A stretch of DNA of 62,260 bases, counting the filler. It is 4 parts of 4 records of this genome, joined end to end, with 100 filler letters (N's around TTAATTAATTAA, not from the genome) between each part and the next. Parts side by side here need not be neighbours in the genome. Positions count along the whole stretch, not along the records: positions 1 to 16,958 come from DRR723986_6654; positions 17,059 to 40,678 come from DRR723986_6656; 2 more parts are not named here. One strand, given 5' to 3'. Made by a program: the position numbers and the translations under genes. The first letter of the stretch is position 1. Each line of letters opens with the position of its first letter. The notes beneath the pieces are model-generated. The model was not told where the DNA came from, did no database searches, and worked only from the letters and a program-made list of their open reading frames with translations. This document shows, piece by piece, positions 10,836 to 20,590 of the stretch.

Positions 10836-11550
10836 GGCAGGCCAGCCACATTTCGGCGTCCTTCAGCGCCTGCGAATCGCCGACATGAAGCCAGAACCGG
10901 TCCAGCACGACACCATGCAGGCGCTTCTGCTCGATCAGCGGTGCCCAGACGCGAAGCGCCGAGAAACGCTCGATTGGTTCGTTGTCGTAGAGCTGAGGCC
11001 GGATCATGCGCAGGCCGCAATAGGCATAAGGCGCGCTGGGTGCGTCGCCGCGCCGTGTCATAGCGCCATCTTCGTGGCGGAAGAAATCGCCCGGCCCGCC
11101 GAAACCCAGTGTGCGCCCAGTATCGGCGACCAGCAGCAGCGCATCCATCGCCGATGGGGCAAATGCTTCCGCCAAGGCCTGGATCGGTTCGGCGCCGGAT
11201 GGTTCCCAGAACGCGTCCGTATTGGCAACGAGGATCGGGTCGTCTCCCAGCAACGGTCGGGCCTTGGCCAGCGCGCCGCCGGTCTCAAGCACTTCGCCGC
11301 GCTCGTCCGAGATCATGATCTCGATGTCGGTGCGGTCTTTCAGATGCGCTTCCACCTGGTCTGCCAGGTAGTGGACGTTGACGATGGCGCGCTTCACGCC
11401 TGCGGCGACCAGCGGATCCAGCATCCGGTCGATGAGAGCCTTGCCGCGCACCTCTATCAGCGGCTTGGGGCAGTCATCCGTCAGGGGCCGCATGCGTGTG
11501 CCAAGACCGGCGGCGAGCACCATCGCGGTATGGGGAACTGGCACGCTCAT
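10825..11550 (-). CDS. murU: N-acetylmuramate-1-phosphate uridylyltransferase-like nucleotidyltransferase
   Basis: LAAGLGTRMRPLT...PKPL; follows amgK. Confidence 0.85.
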   Translation of the reverse strand: MSVPVPHTAMVLAAGLGTRMRPLTDDCPKPLIEVRGKALIDRMLDPLVAAGVKRAIVNVHYLADQVEAHLKDRTDIEIMISDERGEVLETGGALAKARPLLGDDPILVANTDAFWEPSGAEPIQALAEAFAPSAMDALLLVADTGRTLGFGGPGDFFRHEDGAMTRRGDAPSAPYAYCGLRMIRPQLYDNEPIERFSALRVWAPLIEQKRLHGVVLDRFWLHVGDSQALKDAEMWLACHGG

Positions 11551-12642
11551 TCAGAAGCCCTCAAAAACAAATGGGGTCGTCCGCCGCACGAAGGCGTTCA
11601 TGTCCTTAAGCGCCGGATGTGACAGATTTCGGGCGAGGATGGCCAGCTGACGCGGCTGGAAAAGGCCGTAGCGCGGCTTGCCATCGCGGTGCTGGAGGCG
11701 GGAGAAGACACCAGCGATCCGCAGGGCATTCAGCGCGCCAATCACGGCCAGCCGTTCATCGAACGCTTCGCGCGATTTGCCGGTCTGATCCAGATAGTGG
11801 CGGATCGCGGCTTCGGCAGCCTCCGGTGAAACGGCCCGGCGGGCATCCTGTGTCAGCATCGCCATGTCCCAGGCGTCCCAGCCGCGCACCGCGTCCTGGA
11901 AGTCCAGCAAACCGACTTCGCCATTGCCGAGCCAGAGCAGGTTTTCAGCGTGGAAGTCCCGCAGCGTAAAAGTCCTGGGAAACTCCATCGCCTGCGCGAT
12001 CAGCTGTTCGCGCACCTTTTCCCATTCTTCCCGTTCAGCCCCTTCCAGCGCCCCGCCGCCTCGCTCGGCCCGCAGCCAGTCGGCATAGAGATCAGCATTA
12101 GAGACGAGCGCCAGCCGGTCGAAATCGAGGATCGGCCAGACGTCAGAGCCGTTCGACAAGGCGCTAGGGGCATCTTCGCGGTGCAGGTCCGCAAGGATAT
12201 CCGCAGATGTGACATAAGCGGTCAGCTCATCGACGTTGCCTGCCTCGATCTGGCGGGCGATTTCGAGGTTCTCCCCGAAATCCTCGATCAGGGCGAAGCC
12301 GTGCGCGCTGTCATGCGCGATGATTTCCGGAGCCCGGAAGCCGCGATGACGGAGATAGGAGGCGATCAGGACAAAGGCATCCACCCGGGATGCAGCGAGG
12401 CGCGTCGAGGCATTCCAGCCCATGGCGATACGCGTCGCGTCATCAGCGTCCGGCGGGCAGGCGCTGTCCTCGACGTTCGGGGCGTCCATCAGCATCGCCC
12501 GCGTGCCATCCGGTCTTACGAGGCGGATATAACGCCGGGTCGATGCATCCTGCCCGAGCGGGAAACGCGTCGCATCGTCCCAGCCTGCGCGGGTCAGAAA
12601 GGCGTTCATGTCCGCCGCGCGGCCTGCTTCGTCAAAACCCAT
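11551..12642 (-). CDS. amgK: Anomeric MurNAc/GlcNAc kinase (APH family phosphotransferase)
   Basis: DASTRRY, RDFHAENL, LDFQDA motifs. Confidence 0.85.
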   Translation of the reverse strand: MGFDEAGRAADMNAFLTRAGWDDATRFPLGQDASTRRYIRLVRPDGTRAMLMDAPNVEDSACPPDADDATRIAMGWNASTRLAASRVDAFVLIASYLRHRGFRAPEIIAHDSAHGFALIEDFGENLEIARQIEAGNVDELTAYVTSADILADLHREDAPSALSNGSDVWPILDFDRLALVSNADLYADWLRAERGGGALEGAEREEWEKVREQLIAQAMEFPRTFTLRDFHAENLLWLGNGEVGLLDFQDAVRGWDAWDMAMLTQDARRAVSPEAAEAAIRHYLDQTGKSREAFDERLAVIGALNALRIAGVFSRLQHRDGKPRYGLFQPRQLAILARNLSHPALKDMNAFVRRTTPFVFEGF

Positions 12643-13087
12643 GGAGACGTGTCTGCCAGCCTTCGCCGCGCGGTTCCAGTGTCACGCGCCGGCCTTCCCC
12701 AAGGAAATCGATTGTCACGTCGAGGCGCCATTCCGGCAGATGGCTCCCTGCCCGGTCCGGCCACTCGACAAGGGCAATGCCGTCCTGCGTCTCGTCCCAG
12801 CCAAGCTCGATCAGTTCGTCAGGCGATTTCAGACGGTAGAGATCGAAATGCCAGATCGGGAGAGGCCCGGAATCGTACAACTGAACGAGCGTATAAGTCG
12901 GGCTTGGTACATCCATCGTCCCGCTATAGTCCGCGATAAGTCCGCGGGAGAACGTGGTTTTTCCGGCGCCAAGATCCCCAAAAAGGGCGATCACGTCCCC
13001 AGCCTGGAGCAATCGGGCAACACGTGCCCCAACGTCACGCAGGGCAGTCTCATCTGGACATTCAAGAATCACTATCATCTCATGCAT
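12632..13087 (-). CDS. tsaE: tRNA t6A biosynthesis ATPase TsaE
   Basis: GDLGAGKTT, VPSPTYTL, HFDLYRL, VEW; start uncertain (13087 or 13078). Confidence 0.95.
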   Translation of the reverse strand: MHEMIVILECPDETALRDVGARVARLLQAGDVIALFGDLGAGKTTFSRGLIADYSGTMDVPSPTYTLVQLYDSGPLPIWHFDLYRLKSPDELIELGWDETQDGIALVEWPDRAGSHLPEWRLDVTIDFLGEGRRVTLEPRGEGWQTRLHGF

Positions 13088-13215
13088 ATAAAGGCGCTGC
13101 GCCAATTCGTGCCATGGATTCACGGCGCCTTGCACTGTAACTGGCCTGCATATAAAAGGCTAAAAACGTGACGCATGCGTCATAAATAAGTTCGAGCCTT
13201 GAGGGAGGCACTAGT

Positions 13216-14463
13216 TTGGATCTTTCAGACGCATCGCAGATCGTCCTGATCGGCGGCGGGCAGGCTGCCGCGCAAGCTTTGCAGTCGCTGCGGATGGGAG
13301 GCTATACTGGCAAGCTGGTGCTTGTGGGGAACGAACCCGCGCTGCCTTACCAGCGTCCGCCCCTGTCAAAAGCCTATATGAAGGGAGAGTTCGCCGAGGA
13401 ACGTCTCTTCTTCAAGCCGGCTGCCTGGTACGAAGACAATGGCGTCGAACTGATCCTCTCCACCCGTGCCACGAAGATCGACCGCGCCGCGCAGATTGTC
13501 GAACTCGAACACGGCGCGATGCTGAATTACGACGCGCTGATCCTGTGCACCGGCTCCCGTCCGCGCCCGCTGCCCGTGAAGGGCGCAGACCTTGAAAACG
13601 TTTTCGATTTGCGTGGCTTGGCCGATGTCGACCGGATCCAGCCCAACATGGTGTCCGGCCGCCGGCTGGTGATCATCGGCGCCGGCTATATCGGCCTCGA
13701 AGCCGCTGCGGTCGCCCGCCAGATGGGGCTGGAAGTGACCGTCCTCGAGATGGCGGAACGCGTGCTAGCCCGCGTTACCAGCCCGACGATGAGCGCGTTC
13801 TACGAAAAGGAACACCGCTCGCAGGGCGCCACGATCCTGACCGGCGCCCGACTCGATCATCTGGAAGGCGAAGACGGAAAGGTCAGCGCCGCGGTCCTGG
13901 CTGACGGGACCAAGCTCCCGGCAGACATCGTGCTGGTGGGTATCGGAATCCTGCCGAATATCGAACTCGCCAAGGATGCGGGCCTCACCATAGATAATGG
14001 CATCGCGACCGACCGCGACGCCCGCACGTCCGATCCGCGCATCTTTGCGGCAGGTGACTGCGCCAGCCGGCCGCTCGTCCACTATGGACACGCCGGCCGC
14101 CTCGAAAGTGTTCACAATGCCATCGAGCAGGGCAAGCTGGCCGCGGCGGCCATACTCGGCAAACCGCGCCCGCCGGAAGACTGCCCGTGGTTCTGGTCGG
14201 ACCAGTACGACCTGAAGCTGCAGATCGCCGGCCTCAATCAGGGCCACGATGAAATCGTTGTTCGCGGCAATCCGGATGACCGGAAATTTGCCGTCTTCTA
14301 TCTGCGTAACGGCACGCTGATCGCGGTCGACGCGGTGAACAGCCCGCCGGAATTTCTGGCGTCCAAGAAATTGATCATGACAGGCGCAAAGATTGCACCC
14401 GACATGCTCAAGGATACATCCATCTCAATGAAAGACATCGCTGCGGCCGCCGCCACAGCCTAA
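13216..14463 (+). CDS. FAD-dependent ferredoxin reductase (putidaredoxin reductase-like)
   Basis: [28 protein letters not shown]. Confidence 0.92.
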   Translation: MDLSDASQIVLIGGGQAAAQALQSLRMGGYTGKLVLVGNEPALPYQRPPLSKAYMKGEFAEERLFFKPAAWYEDNGVELILSTRATKIDRAAQIVELEHGAMLNYDALILCTGSRPRPLPVKGADLENVFDLRGLADVDRIQPNMVSGRRLVIIGAGYIGLEAAAVARQMGLEVTVLEMAERVLARVTSPTMSAFYEKEHRSQGATILTGARLDHLEGEDGKVSAAVLADGTKLPADIVLVGIGILPNIELAKDAGLTIDNGIATDRDARTSDPRIFAAGDCASRPLVHYGHAGRLESVHNAIEQGKLAAAAILGKPRPPEDCPWFWSDQYDLKLQIAGLNQGHDEIVVRGNPDDRKFAVFYLRNGTLIAVDAVNSPPEFLASKKLIMTGAKIAPDMLKDTSISMKDIAAAAATA

Positions 14464-14479
14464 GGAGACCAAAAAGCCG

Positions 14480-14800
14480 ATGCCGAAGATTACCTATATC
14501 GACCACGATGGAACCGAACGCACTGTCGAGGCGAAGAACGGCGAGTCCGTCATGGAAGCCGCAATCAAGAACTCCATTCCCGGCATTGATGCTGACTGCG
14601 GCGGCGCCTGCGCCTGCGCGACCTGCCACGTCTATGTGGACAACGCCTTCATGGACAAAGTGGGCGAGCAGCAGGAAATGGAAAAGTCGATGCTCGACTT
14701 CGCCGAGAACGTTCAGGAAAACTCCCGCCTGTCCTGCCAGATCACCGTTTCCGACGAGCTGGACGGCCTGCGCGTGACCACACCGGAAAGCCAGCACTAG
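14480..14800 (+). CDS. 2Fe-2S ferredoxin (adrenodoxin/putidaredoxin type)
   Basis: [11 protein letters not shown]...SRLSCQ; RBS TAAGGAG. Confidence 0.95.
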   Translation: MPKITYIDHDGTERTVEAKNGESVMEAAIKNSIPGIDADCGGACACATCHVYVDNAFMDKVGEQQEMEKSMLDFAENVQENSRLSCQITVSDELDGLRVTTPESQH

Positions 14801-14823
14801 GCTTTTCGCATTCTGAAAATTTT

Positions 14824-14858
14824 GCGCCCCGGTCTATCAGACCGGGGTGTTTCATTTC
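14824..14858 (+). terminator. Probable intrinsic terminator
   Basis: CCCCGGTCT-ATC-AGACCGGGG stem followed by TGTTTCATTT, just after the ferredoxin stop. Confidence 0.65.
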
Positions 14859-14944
14859 TGCCGCCGTTCCCCTAGCAGTACGGGTTGGTTCCGAAAAGGA
14901 ATGCGGATAGGCAGGGAACAATTCCGCAACTACGGACGCCTGCC

Positions 14945-15733
14945 ATGAATTACACCGATCTCCTCGCCTCCATCGCCTTTGGCGCAGACCAGTCATCTCG
15001 CGTCACCGTGCCGGAAGACTGGATGCAGGGCCGCACCACCTATGGCGGGCTGACGGCGGCGCTCTGCCTTAAGGCCGCGATGCCGCTGGCGGGCGATCGT
15101 CCGCTGCGGTCTGCCCAGATCGCTTTTGTCGGACCGGCATCCGGTGAGCTGCTCTCCGTGCCGACCGTCCTCCGCGAGGGCAAGAACACGGCCTTCATCT
15201 CTGTCCGCATGACCGGGCCGGAGGGAATCGTTGCGGAGTGCATCTTCGCCTTCGGGGCAGCGCGGGAATCGAGCCTCGACTTCTCCAACATGATCGCCCC
15301 CGTTGTCACGCTGCCGGACGAGACAAAACAGTTCTTCCCGGATGAGCGCCGCCGCCCCGCCTTCTCGCATCACTTCAATGTGCGCCTCGCCAAGGGCGGT
15401 CGACCGATCAGCGGCGCGCAGGATGGTGAGATTGTCCTCTGGCTCCGTCACAGGGACGAAACGGCCCCGATGGATGCTGTCACCCTGTTGTCGATCGCAG
15501 ACTCACCGCCGCCGGCAGCCTTATCCATGCTGACCGCTCCCGGCCGCATCAGTTCCATGACCTGGATGGCAGAATTCCTGACGGATGATATCTCCACCGA
15601 AGACGGCTGGTTCCTGGCCCAGCACATCGCCCAGACGGCGCAGCAGGGCTATTCCAGCCAGGCCATGCGCCTCTGGAATTCGAAGGGCGAACCGATGATG
15701 GTCGGCCGCCAGACAATCGCGGTGTTCGGCTAA
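14945..15733 (+). CDS. Acyl-CoA thioesterase (TesB-like, double hotdog)
   Basis: WMQGRTTYGGL, LREGKN, GYSSQ motifs. Confidence 0.85.
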   Translation: MNYTDLLASIAFGADQSSRVTVPEDWMQGRTTYGGLTAALCLKAAMPLAGDRPLRSAQIAFVGPASGELLSVPTVLREGKNTAFISVRMTGPEGIVAECIFAFGAARESSLDFSNMIAPVVTLPDETKQFFPDERRRPAFSHHFNVRLAKGGRPISGAQDGEIVLWLRHRDETAPMDAVTLLSIADSPPPAALSMLTAPGRISSMTWMAEFLTDDISTEDGWFLAQHIAQTAQQGYSSQAMRLWNSKGEPMMVGRQTIAVFG

Positions 15734-15736
15734 GGC

Positions 15737-16699
15737 CTACTCGTCTTCCGGCGGCGTGGTGTCGTCGATGATCGGGCCATGGCCCATACCGAGATCGACC
15801 GGCCCCTGCTCGATGAACTCAACCATTTCGCGCGGCACAGTCCCGGCGGGACAGGCTGCGACGACCGGCTGGGCATTGCCGATGGCCGGCATCCGGGCAT
15901 CCACGCGCTCCACAGGCTGGGACCGGACAACGAGGCTGAACAGGAAGATGGCAGCAATGGCAGCGCCAATCGCAGCGATCGTCCAGTTGCCGTACACAGG
16001 ATCTTCGTCGGGCTGAACCACTGTGGTTGGGGCCGTACGCGCGCTCGCAGATGCGCGCGCGACCGCAGCGGAGACGCCGGTCGTGGACCTGGCCGCTTGC
16101 TGGCCATTACCGTTCCGGATCGTTGTCGCGGCTTTGGACGCAGCTTCAGCAGCTTCCTTGGCGGGTTCCGGCTTGATGCCAAGGGCCTTCTCGCGCTTCT
16201 GCCGCTCGGCAACTGCCAGCGGGTCATCGGCATGCGCTTCGAGCCAGGCTTCCCGGCCTTCGTCATCCTTTGAACCAAGCTTCATCCAGGCGCGAAGGTC
16301 AGACCGGCCCGTGCGCTCTGCGAGTTCCTCAACCAGCTTGTAGAAGCCTTCCGGCATCTTGCGGGAGGTGAACCCCTCAAGCGCGAAACGCTTGGCCTTG
16401 CGATAGGGTTCGTAAGGAATGGTCTTGTCGATGCCGGCATGCACCAGCATCCCATCTCTGGAATTGCCGACGGCCGCGGCCGCACGCACCCAGTCATTTT
16501 TCACAGAATTTTCGGACCACAGGACCAGCATGTTGCCGGACTTTCCGGCATCGCGCGCATCCTTCGCGTCGAAAATATCGTCTTCCGTTTGTTTCTGATT
16601 GAAACGAACGGTGAATTTCAGCGAGCGGAGACGACGGGCGACCAGTTTCGCCATGTCGAAATCTTCCGGCACAGTTACAAGAAAGACGTCATAAGCCAT
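15737..16699 (-). CDS. Degenerate TIR-domain protein with one TM helix
   Basis: N-terminal YDVFL...LVLWSENSVKNDWVRAAA resembles TIR_2; hydrophobic TIAAIGAAIAAIFLFSLVV. Confidence 0.7.
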   Translation of the reverse strand: MAYDVFLVTVPEDFDMAKLVARRLRSLKFTVRFNQKQTEDDIFDAKDARDAGKSGNMLVLWSENSVKNDWVRAAAAVGNSRDGMLVHAGIDKTIPYEPYRKAKRFALEGFTSRKMPEGFYKLVEELAERTGRSDLRAWMKLGSKDDEGREAWLEAHADDPLAVAERQKREKALGIKPEPAKEAAEAASKAATTIRNGNGQQAARSTTGVSAAVARASASARTAPTTVVQPDEDPVYGNWTIAAIGAAIAAIFLFSLVVRSQPVERVDARMPAIGNAQPVVAACPAGTVPREMVEFIEQGPVDLGMGHGPIIDDTTPPEDE

Positions 16700-16844
16700 G
16701 CATTCTGCCTTGCATTTCGTGGGCCAACCTTACTCAAAGCCCCCCTGTTGAACACCCAATTCCGCTCTCAGGAGAGAAAACCGCCTGTTTTTCCTGCGGG
16801 AATAGGGCTATGGCCCCTCGAAATCTAAGTTTAAGGAGGCCGGA

Positions 16845-16958
16845 ATGGGCTTCAAATGCGGTATCGTGGGCCTGCCGAATGTTGGCAAATCCACGCTTTT
16901 CAACGCCCTGACACAGACCGCCGCGGCACAGGCGGCGAACTATCCGTTCTGCACGATT
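16845..16958 (+). CDS. ychF: Redox-regulated ATPase YchF, 5' fragment (contig end)
   Basis: [23 protein letters not shown]...ANYPFCTI after AGGAGG. Confidence 0.95.
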
Positions 16959-17058
16959 NNNNNNNNNNNNNNNNNNNNNNNNNNNNNNNNNNNNNNNNNN
17001 NNTTAATTAATTAANNNNNNNNNNNNNNNNNNNNNNNNNNNNNNNNNNNNNNNNNNNN
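16959..17058. other. Artificial contig linker
   Basis: N-run + TTAATTAATTAA (stops in six frames) + N-run, 100 nt. Confidence 0.98.
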
Positions 17059-17476
17059 CCTGCCGCTCTGCGTTCATGTCCGACAGGGCCGTGCGCGCCC
17101 TCTCCGCCTCGGCCTTATGAGACGCAGCCTCCGCCGCGAGACCCGCGACCTCCGCCTCCAGCGTCCGGCGCTCTGCTTTCGCCGCAGAGATTTCCGCAGC
17201 GATTGCCTGGCGATCCAGGACAAGGGTTCGGCGGGCTTCCTCCTCCGCCGCTGTCTCGCCGCGCACTTCCTCGAGCCGAAGCGCATAGCCTTCGCGGTCC
17301 CGGATCAAGGCGCCGAACTCCCGGTCCAGCTGACCTACGGCGTACCAGAGGACGCCAACGCCGATGATTGCCAGAACCGCCAAAACGGCGGCGACGACAG
17401 TGAATTTACTCGACTTCCGATAGGTCTTGTTCGACGAGGTCAAGACAGGCCTCCATATTGCTTGAAAGTTCATCAA
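17059..17476 (-). CDS. Membrane-anchored coiled-coil protein, truncated; start uncertain
   Basis: TM segment VVAAVLAVLAIIGVGVLWY followed by E/A/R-rich heptad sequence; overlaps helicase stop. Confidence 0.6.
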
Positions 17477-20400
17477 CCCAGAAGCGGCGCACGCGCCAAC
17501 CCAAGGACTTCATTTGGTGATCGCGCCACAGGTCTGCGCTCTTGCGCTTGCCCTCCGGCGTCTGGTGCCAACGGCGGCCATCGACCTCGAGGTCGAGCTT
17601 GATACCGCCCTCTCCAAAGAGCGCGAAATCCAGCCGCCGACCGGCCACGTCATATTGCGGCTGGGGATCAAGGCCCCGCGCGCGCAGCGCGTAGAAGACC
17701 TTCGCCTCCCATTCGCTGTCGAAGACACCTTCGCCGCGTTTTTTCCGCGGCTCCGTCGCATAGGACGCCAGCCGAGCCAGGCTCTGGACACGCCCCGATC
17801 TGGCAAAGGTCAGGTCGCCCATGACATGCGCGACGGCGCGTGCCCTCGAGATCGCCACGTTGAGCCGCCGCTTGTCCCGCTGCACGAAAGTGACCGCCGT
17901 GGTGGGGCTAGACGGGCCGAGCACGGGCGAGAACAGGATGAGGTCGCGCTCCTGCCCCTGGAACCCGTCCACCGTCGCCACGCGGAACTCCGCCTTCGCC
18001 AAGGCGGCTTCGGGGACCTTCGCCTGTACCGCGTCGAGGATCGCCTGCACCTGTCCACGGAATGGCGAGATTGCCCCGAAGCTGCCGTCGTAGCCCTGCT
18101 CGACCAACAGCCGATGCACTTCGCCCGCCACGGCTTCCGCTTCCGCCGCGTTCACGTTGTTCCGGCCGGGCACCAAGGGCGCAGGAACGTGCGTCCAGGC
18201 GAGGCCGGGTTTACCGCCGTCCGGCACCCGTGCACCGGGCGGCTGTGCGACGACCAGCGCACCGCCGTAGAAGGTATCGCTGATGTATTCCACGATTTCT
18301 CCGTCGGACCGGTACTGGTGACGCAGGGTGATCCTCGGCACATCGCGCACGCGGCTCACGCAGTCGAAGAGCGACCGTTTGCTTTGCGCCATCCCGCCCA
18401 TGCGGGACGGGTCGATCCCCTGCGCCAACATCAGGTTGCGATCCTGGGCGAGCCCCAGTTGAGGAATGAACGACAGCTGCCGGTCATCGCCGACGACGAC
18501 CGCCCGCTTTGCCCGGGCGAAGAGCGGCATGGCCGAGGCGATGTCGCATTGGCTCGCCTCGTCGAAGATCACCAGGTCGAACAGCCCCGCATCCAGCGGC
18601 ACGCGTTTGCCTGTGCCCAGCACGGATGCAAGCCATAGGGGACGATGGCGCAGGATGGCCCGCGACAGATCACCGGTCATCGGCTGACGGTCGCCGGAGA
18701 TCTCGCGGATATCCGCCAGCTCGGCGAGGGCCAGCCGGGCATCTTCCGTCGGCGCCACGACCTGCGCCATCAGCGGCGGCAGCAATCGAGCAGCTGCATC
18801 GGCCAGCCGATCGGACATCTCCAGCAAGTCCGGGACCTCCCCGATTCCGTCACGCTCGTCGCGCAGGGCTGCAAGTTCGTTTCGCAGCTCCGGGAGCGAC
18901 CGCGGACGGTCGGCATCGTCCTGCGGTGCACCACGTCCGAAAACCACCCTGCGCAGGAACGCCAAGATGCGGTCCCAAAGGCTCGTCGATCCAGCCGCTT
19001 GGGTGTTGTCGACCTGAGGCTCCGTACTGCCGTGCTTTTCTCGCCCCTCGATCCTGTCGAGCACCTCGGCGATCGCTATCTCCAGCGCCGCTCGCCTGTC
19101 GTGGCGCTCCAGACCATCGCTGCGTTGCCCGGCCAAGCGGAGCAGGTCTGCCAAGTCACCGGGGGTCACACCCCGCCCGCCTGCGCCACTGTCGCCATGG
19201 ACCAGCGCCTTGAGGACATCATCGAAGGACGTGTCGATCTCCCTCGCGGGGTCGAGCGTCCGGACGACGAAGGGCACACCCGGCGCCATGCTGCCCAGGC
19301 GGTGCTCCACCGCATCCAAGGCCTGATGGTTCTTCGACGCCACCAAGACCGATCCGCCGCGCATCAACACCGAGGCCGCCATGGAGACAATCGCCTGACT
19401 TTTACCGGTGCCCGGCGGCCCCTGCACGACACTGAGTGGTGCCGTGCAGGCGCGAGAGACCGCGACGAGTTGTTCCCGGTTCAACGGGCCGAGGTTCAAC
19501 GGCAGAAGCGAACGGTCTTCGCCAGTCCATTCCAGGCCGAGGACCGGCGCCAGTGCCGTCTGCGACAGCGCTTCGACAGGCCAGGTTGCGATCCGGTCGA
19601 GGTCTGCACTGGCGCGTGCCGTGAAGCTGCTTTCCCCGGGCAGGAAGATCGCCGCAGCATCGTGGATGCCCACCATGGAGGGGTCGAGACGCCCCGCCAG
19701 GAAATCCCCCGTCAAACGCCCACGGAAATGCCCGGCCGCCGCTTCGCGCAACCGCTGGACGAAGTCATCATGCGCCAGCGGCGCGCCTTCCTCGGTGGCA
19801 AAGATCTCTGGCAGCTCCGCCCGGCTCCAGCCCATGTCGCGCGCGGCTCCGGACAGCCAGTCCGGGTTCACCAGGACGTCCAGGTCCCCGATCGTCAGAA
19901 CCAGCCTGCCGTCCACCCGCTCCCAAGTCGCAGAGAACAGGCCAACCGGGCGGATGAGGGGCATCCCGGCCCTGCGTCCTACGGCCAATGGCCACCCTAC
20001 TGCCACCGCGTTGTCCTCGCCATCGCGGCGAAGCAGGGCTTGGCGGAATTCGGGCCCGAGCGCCTCAAGGTCGATGCTGATCGTCGTCGCTTGCCTGTCC
20101 ACATCGACCAAGGGGCCTTGCCCGGCAAACAGGTGCCAATCCACGCCATGCAGGTCAGGCCGGGTGGTCGTCCGTCCACGCGGATCGGACCGCAGCGCGG
20201 ACCGCCAGTAGCGGATCAGGGCCGCAGGTTCGATGTGCGACGTCTCGGTATGCACGCCTTCTTCGGCGTCGGTAGCGGGCTCGCCCGCAAGTCCTCGAAC
20301 GATCGCTGGCGCCGCCAGCATCTCCGCGTCGGTTACCGCGTCGGCGGCACCTGCGGGTTTGCCTTGACCAACCGTGGCAGACCGAACAACGACCTTTAAT

Positions 20401-20576
20401 GGCCGCCATTTGCCGTCCCGGCCCTTGATGACCCGACCGTCTGCCAACAGTCCGTCCAGCTCGGCAAGGATCGACAAGCGCCGATCCGTCTCGAAAGCCG
20501 CTCCGCACAGGACCATCAGCTCTTCGGTGGTGCGCCCCCTCGGAAACGCTTCGATCGTTCTGAAAACACTTTGCAT
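17406..20576 (-). CDS. SF1 (Upf1-like AAA_11/AAA_12) helicase fused to C-terminal DUF559/Vsr-like endonuclease
   Basis: QGPPGTGKS, FDEASQ, VGDDRQL, TVDGFQGQE, RLNVAISRAR; C-terminal FDSEWE...RLDFAL...LEVDGRRWH...RD...GWRVRRFW. Confidence 0.88.
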   Translation of the reverse strand: MQSVFRTIEAFPRGRTTEELMVLCGAAFETDRRLSILAELDGLLADGRVIKGRDGKWRPLKVVVRSATVGQGKPAGAADAVTDAEMLAAPAIVRGLAGEPATDAEEGVHTETSHIEPAALIRYWRSALRSDPRGRTTTRPDLHGVDWHLFAGQGPLVDVDRQATTISIDLEALGPEFRQALLRRDGEDNAVAVGWPLAVGRRAGMPLIRPVGLFSATWERVDGRLVLTIGDLDVLVNPDWLSGAARDMGWSRAELPEIFATEEGAPLAHDDFVQRLREAAAGHFRGRLTGDFLAGRLDPSMVGIHDAAAIFLPGESSFTARASADLDRIATWPVEALSQTALAPVLGLEWTGEDRSLLPLNLGPLNREQLVAVSRACTAPLSVVQGPPGTGKSQAIVSMAASVLMRGGSVLVASKNHQALDAVEHRLGSMAPGVPFVVRTLDPAREIDTSFDDVLKALVHGDSGAGGRGVTPGDLADLLRLAGQRSDGLERHDRRAALEIAIAEVLDRIEGREKHGSTEPQVDNTQAAGSTSLWDRILAFLRRVVFGRGAPQDDADRPRSLPELRNELAALRDERDGIGEVPDLLEMSDRLADAAARLLPPLMAQVVAPTEDARLALAELADIREISGDRQPMTGDLSRAILRHRPLWLASVLGTGKRVPLDAGLFDLVIFDEASQCDIASAMPLFARAKRAVVVGDDRQLSFIPQLGLAQDRNLMLAQGIDPSRMGGMAQSKRSLFDCVSRVRDVPRITLRHQYRSDGEIVEYISDTFYGGALVVAQPPGARVPDGGKPGLAWTHVPAPLVPGRNNVNAAEAEAVAGEVHRLLVEQGYDGSFGAISPFRGQVQAILDAVQAKVPEAALAKAEFRVATVDGFQGQERDLILFSPVLGPSSPTTAVTFVQRDKRRLNVAISRARAVAHVMGDLTFARSGRVQSLARLASYATEPRKKRGEGVFDSEWEAKVFYALRARGLDPQPQYDVAGRRLDFALFGEGGIKLDLEVDGRRWHQTPEGKRKSADLWRDHQMKSLGWRVRRFWVDELSSNMEACLDLVEQDLSEVE

Positions 20577-20590
20577 CGGGCCGTCTCAAA

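Noticed and set aside
3881-13087. tsaE-amgK-murU-addB-addA-trxA as a novel system
   Set aside because: Well-known conserved alphaproteobacterial operon.
17003-17014. TTAATTAATTAA palindrome as a biological site
   Set aside because: Identical in all three N gaps; assembly linker.
15737-20576. TIR gene as part of the defence island (Thoeris-like)
   Set aside because: Lies on a different contig among core genes, lacks the catalytic Glu and has no ThsA partner.
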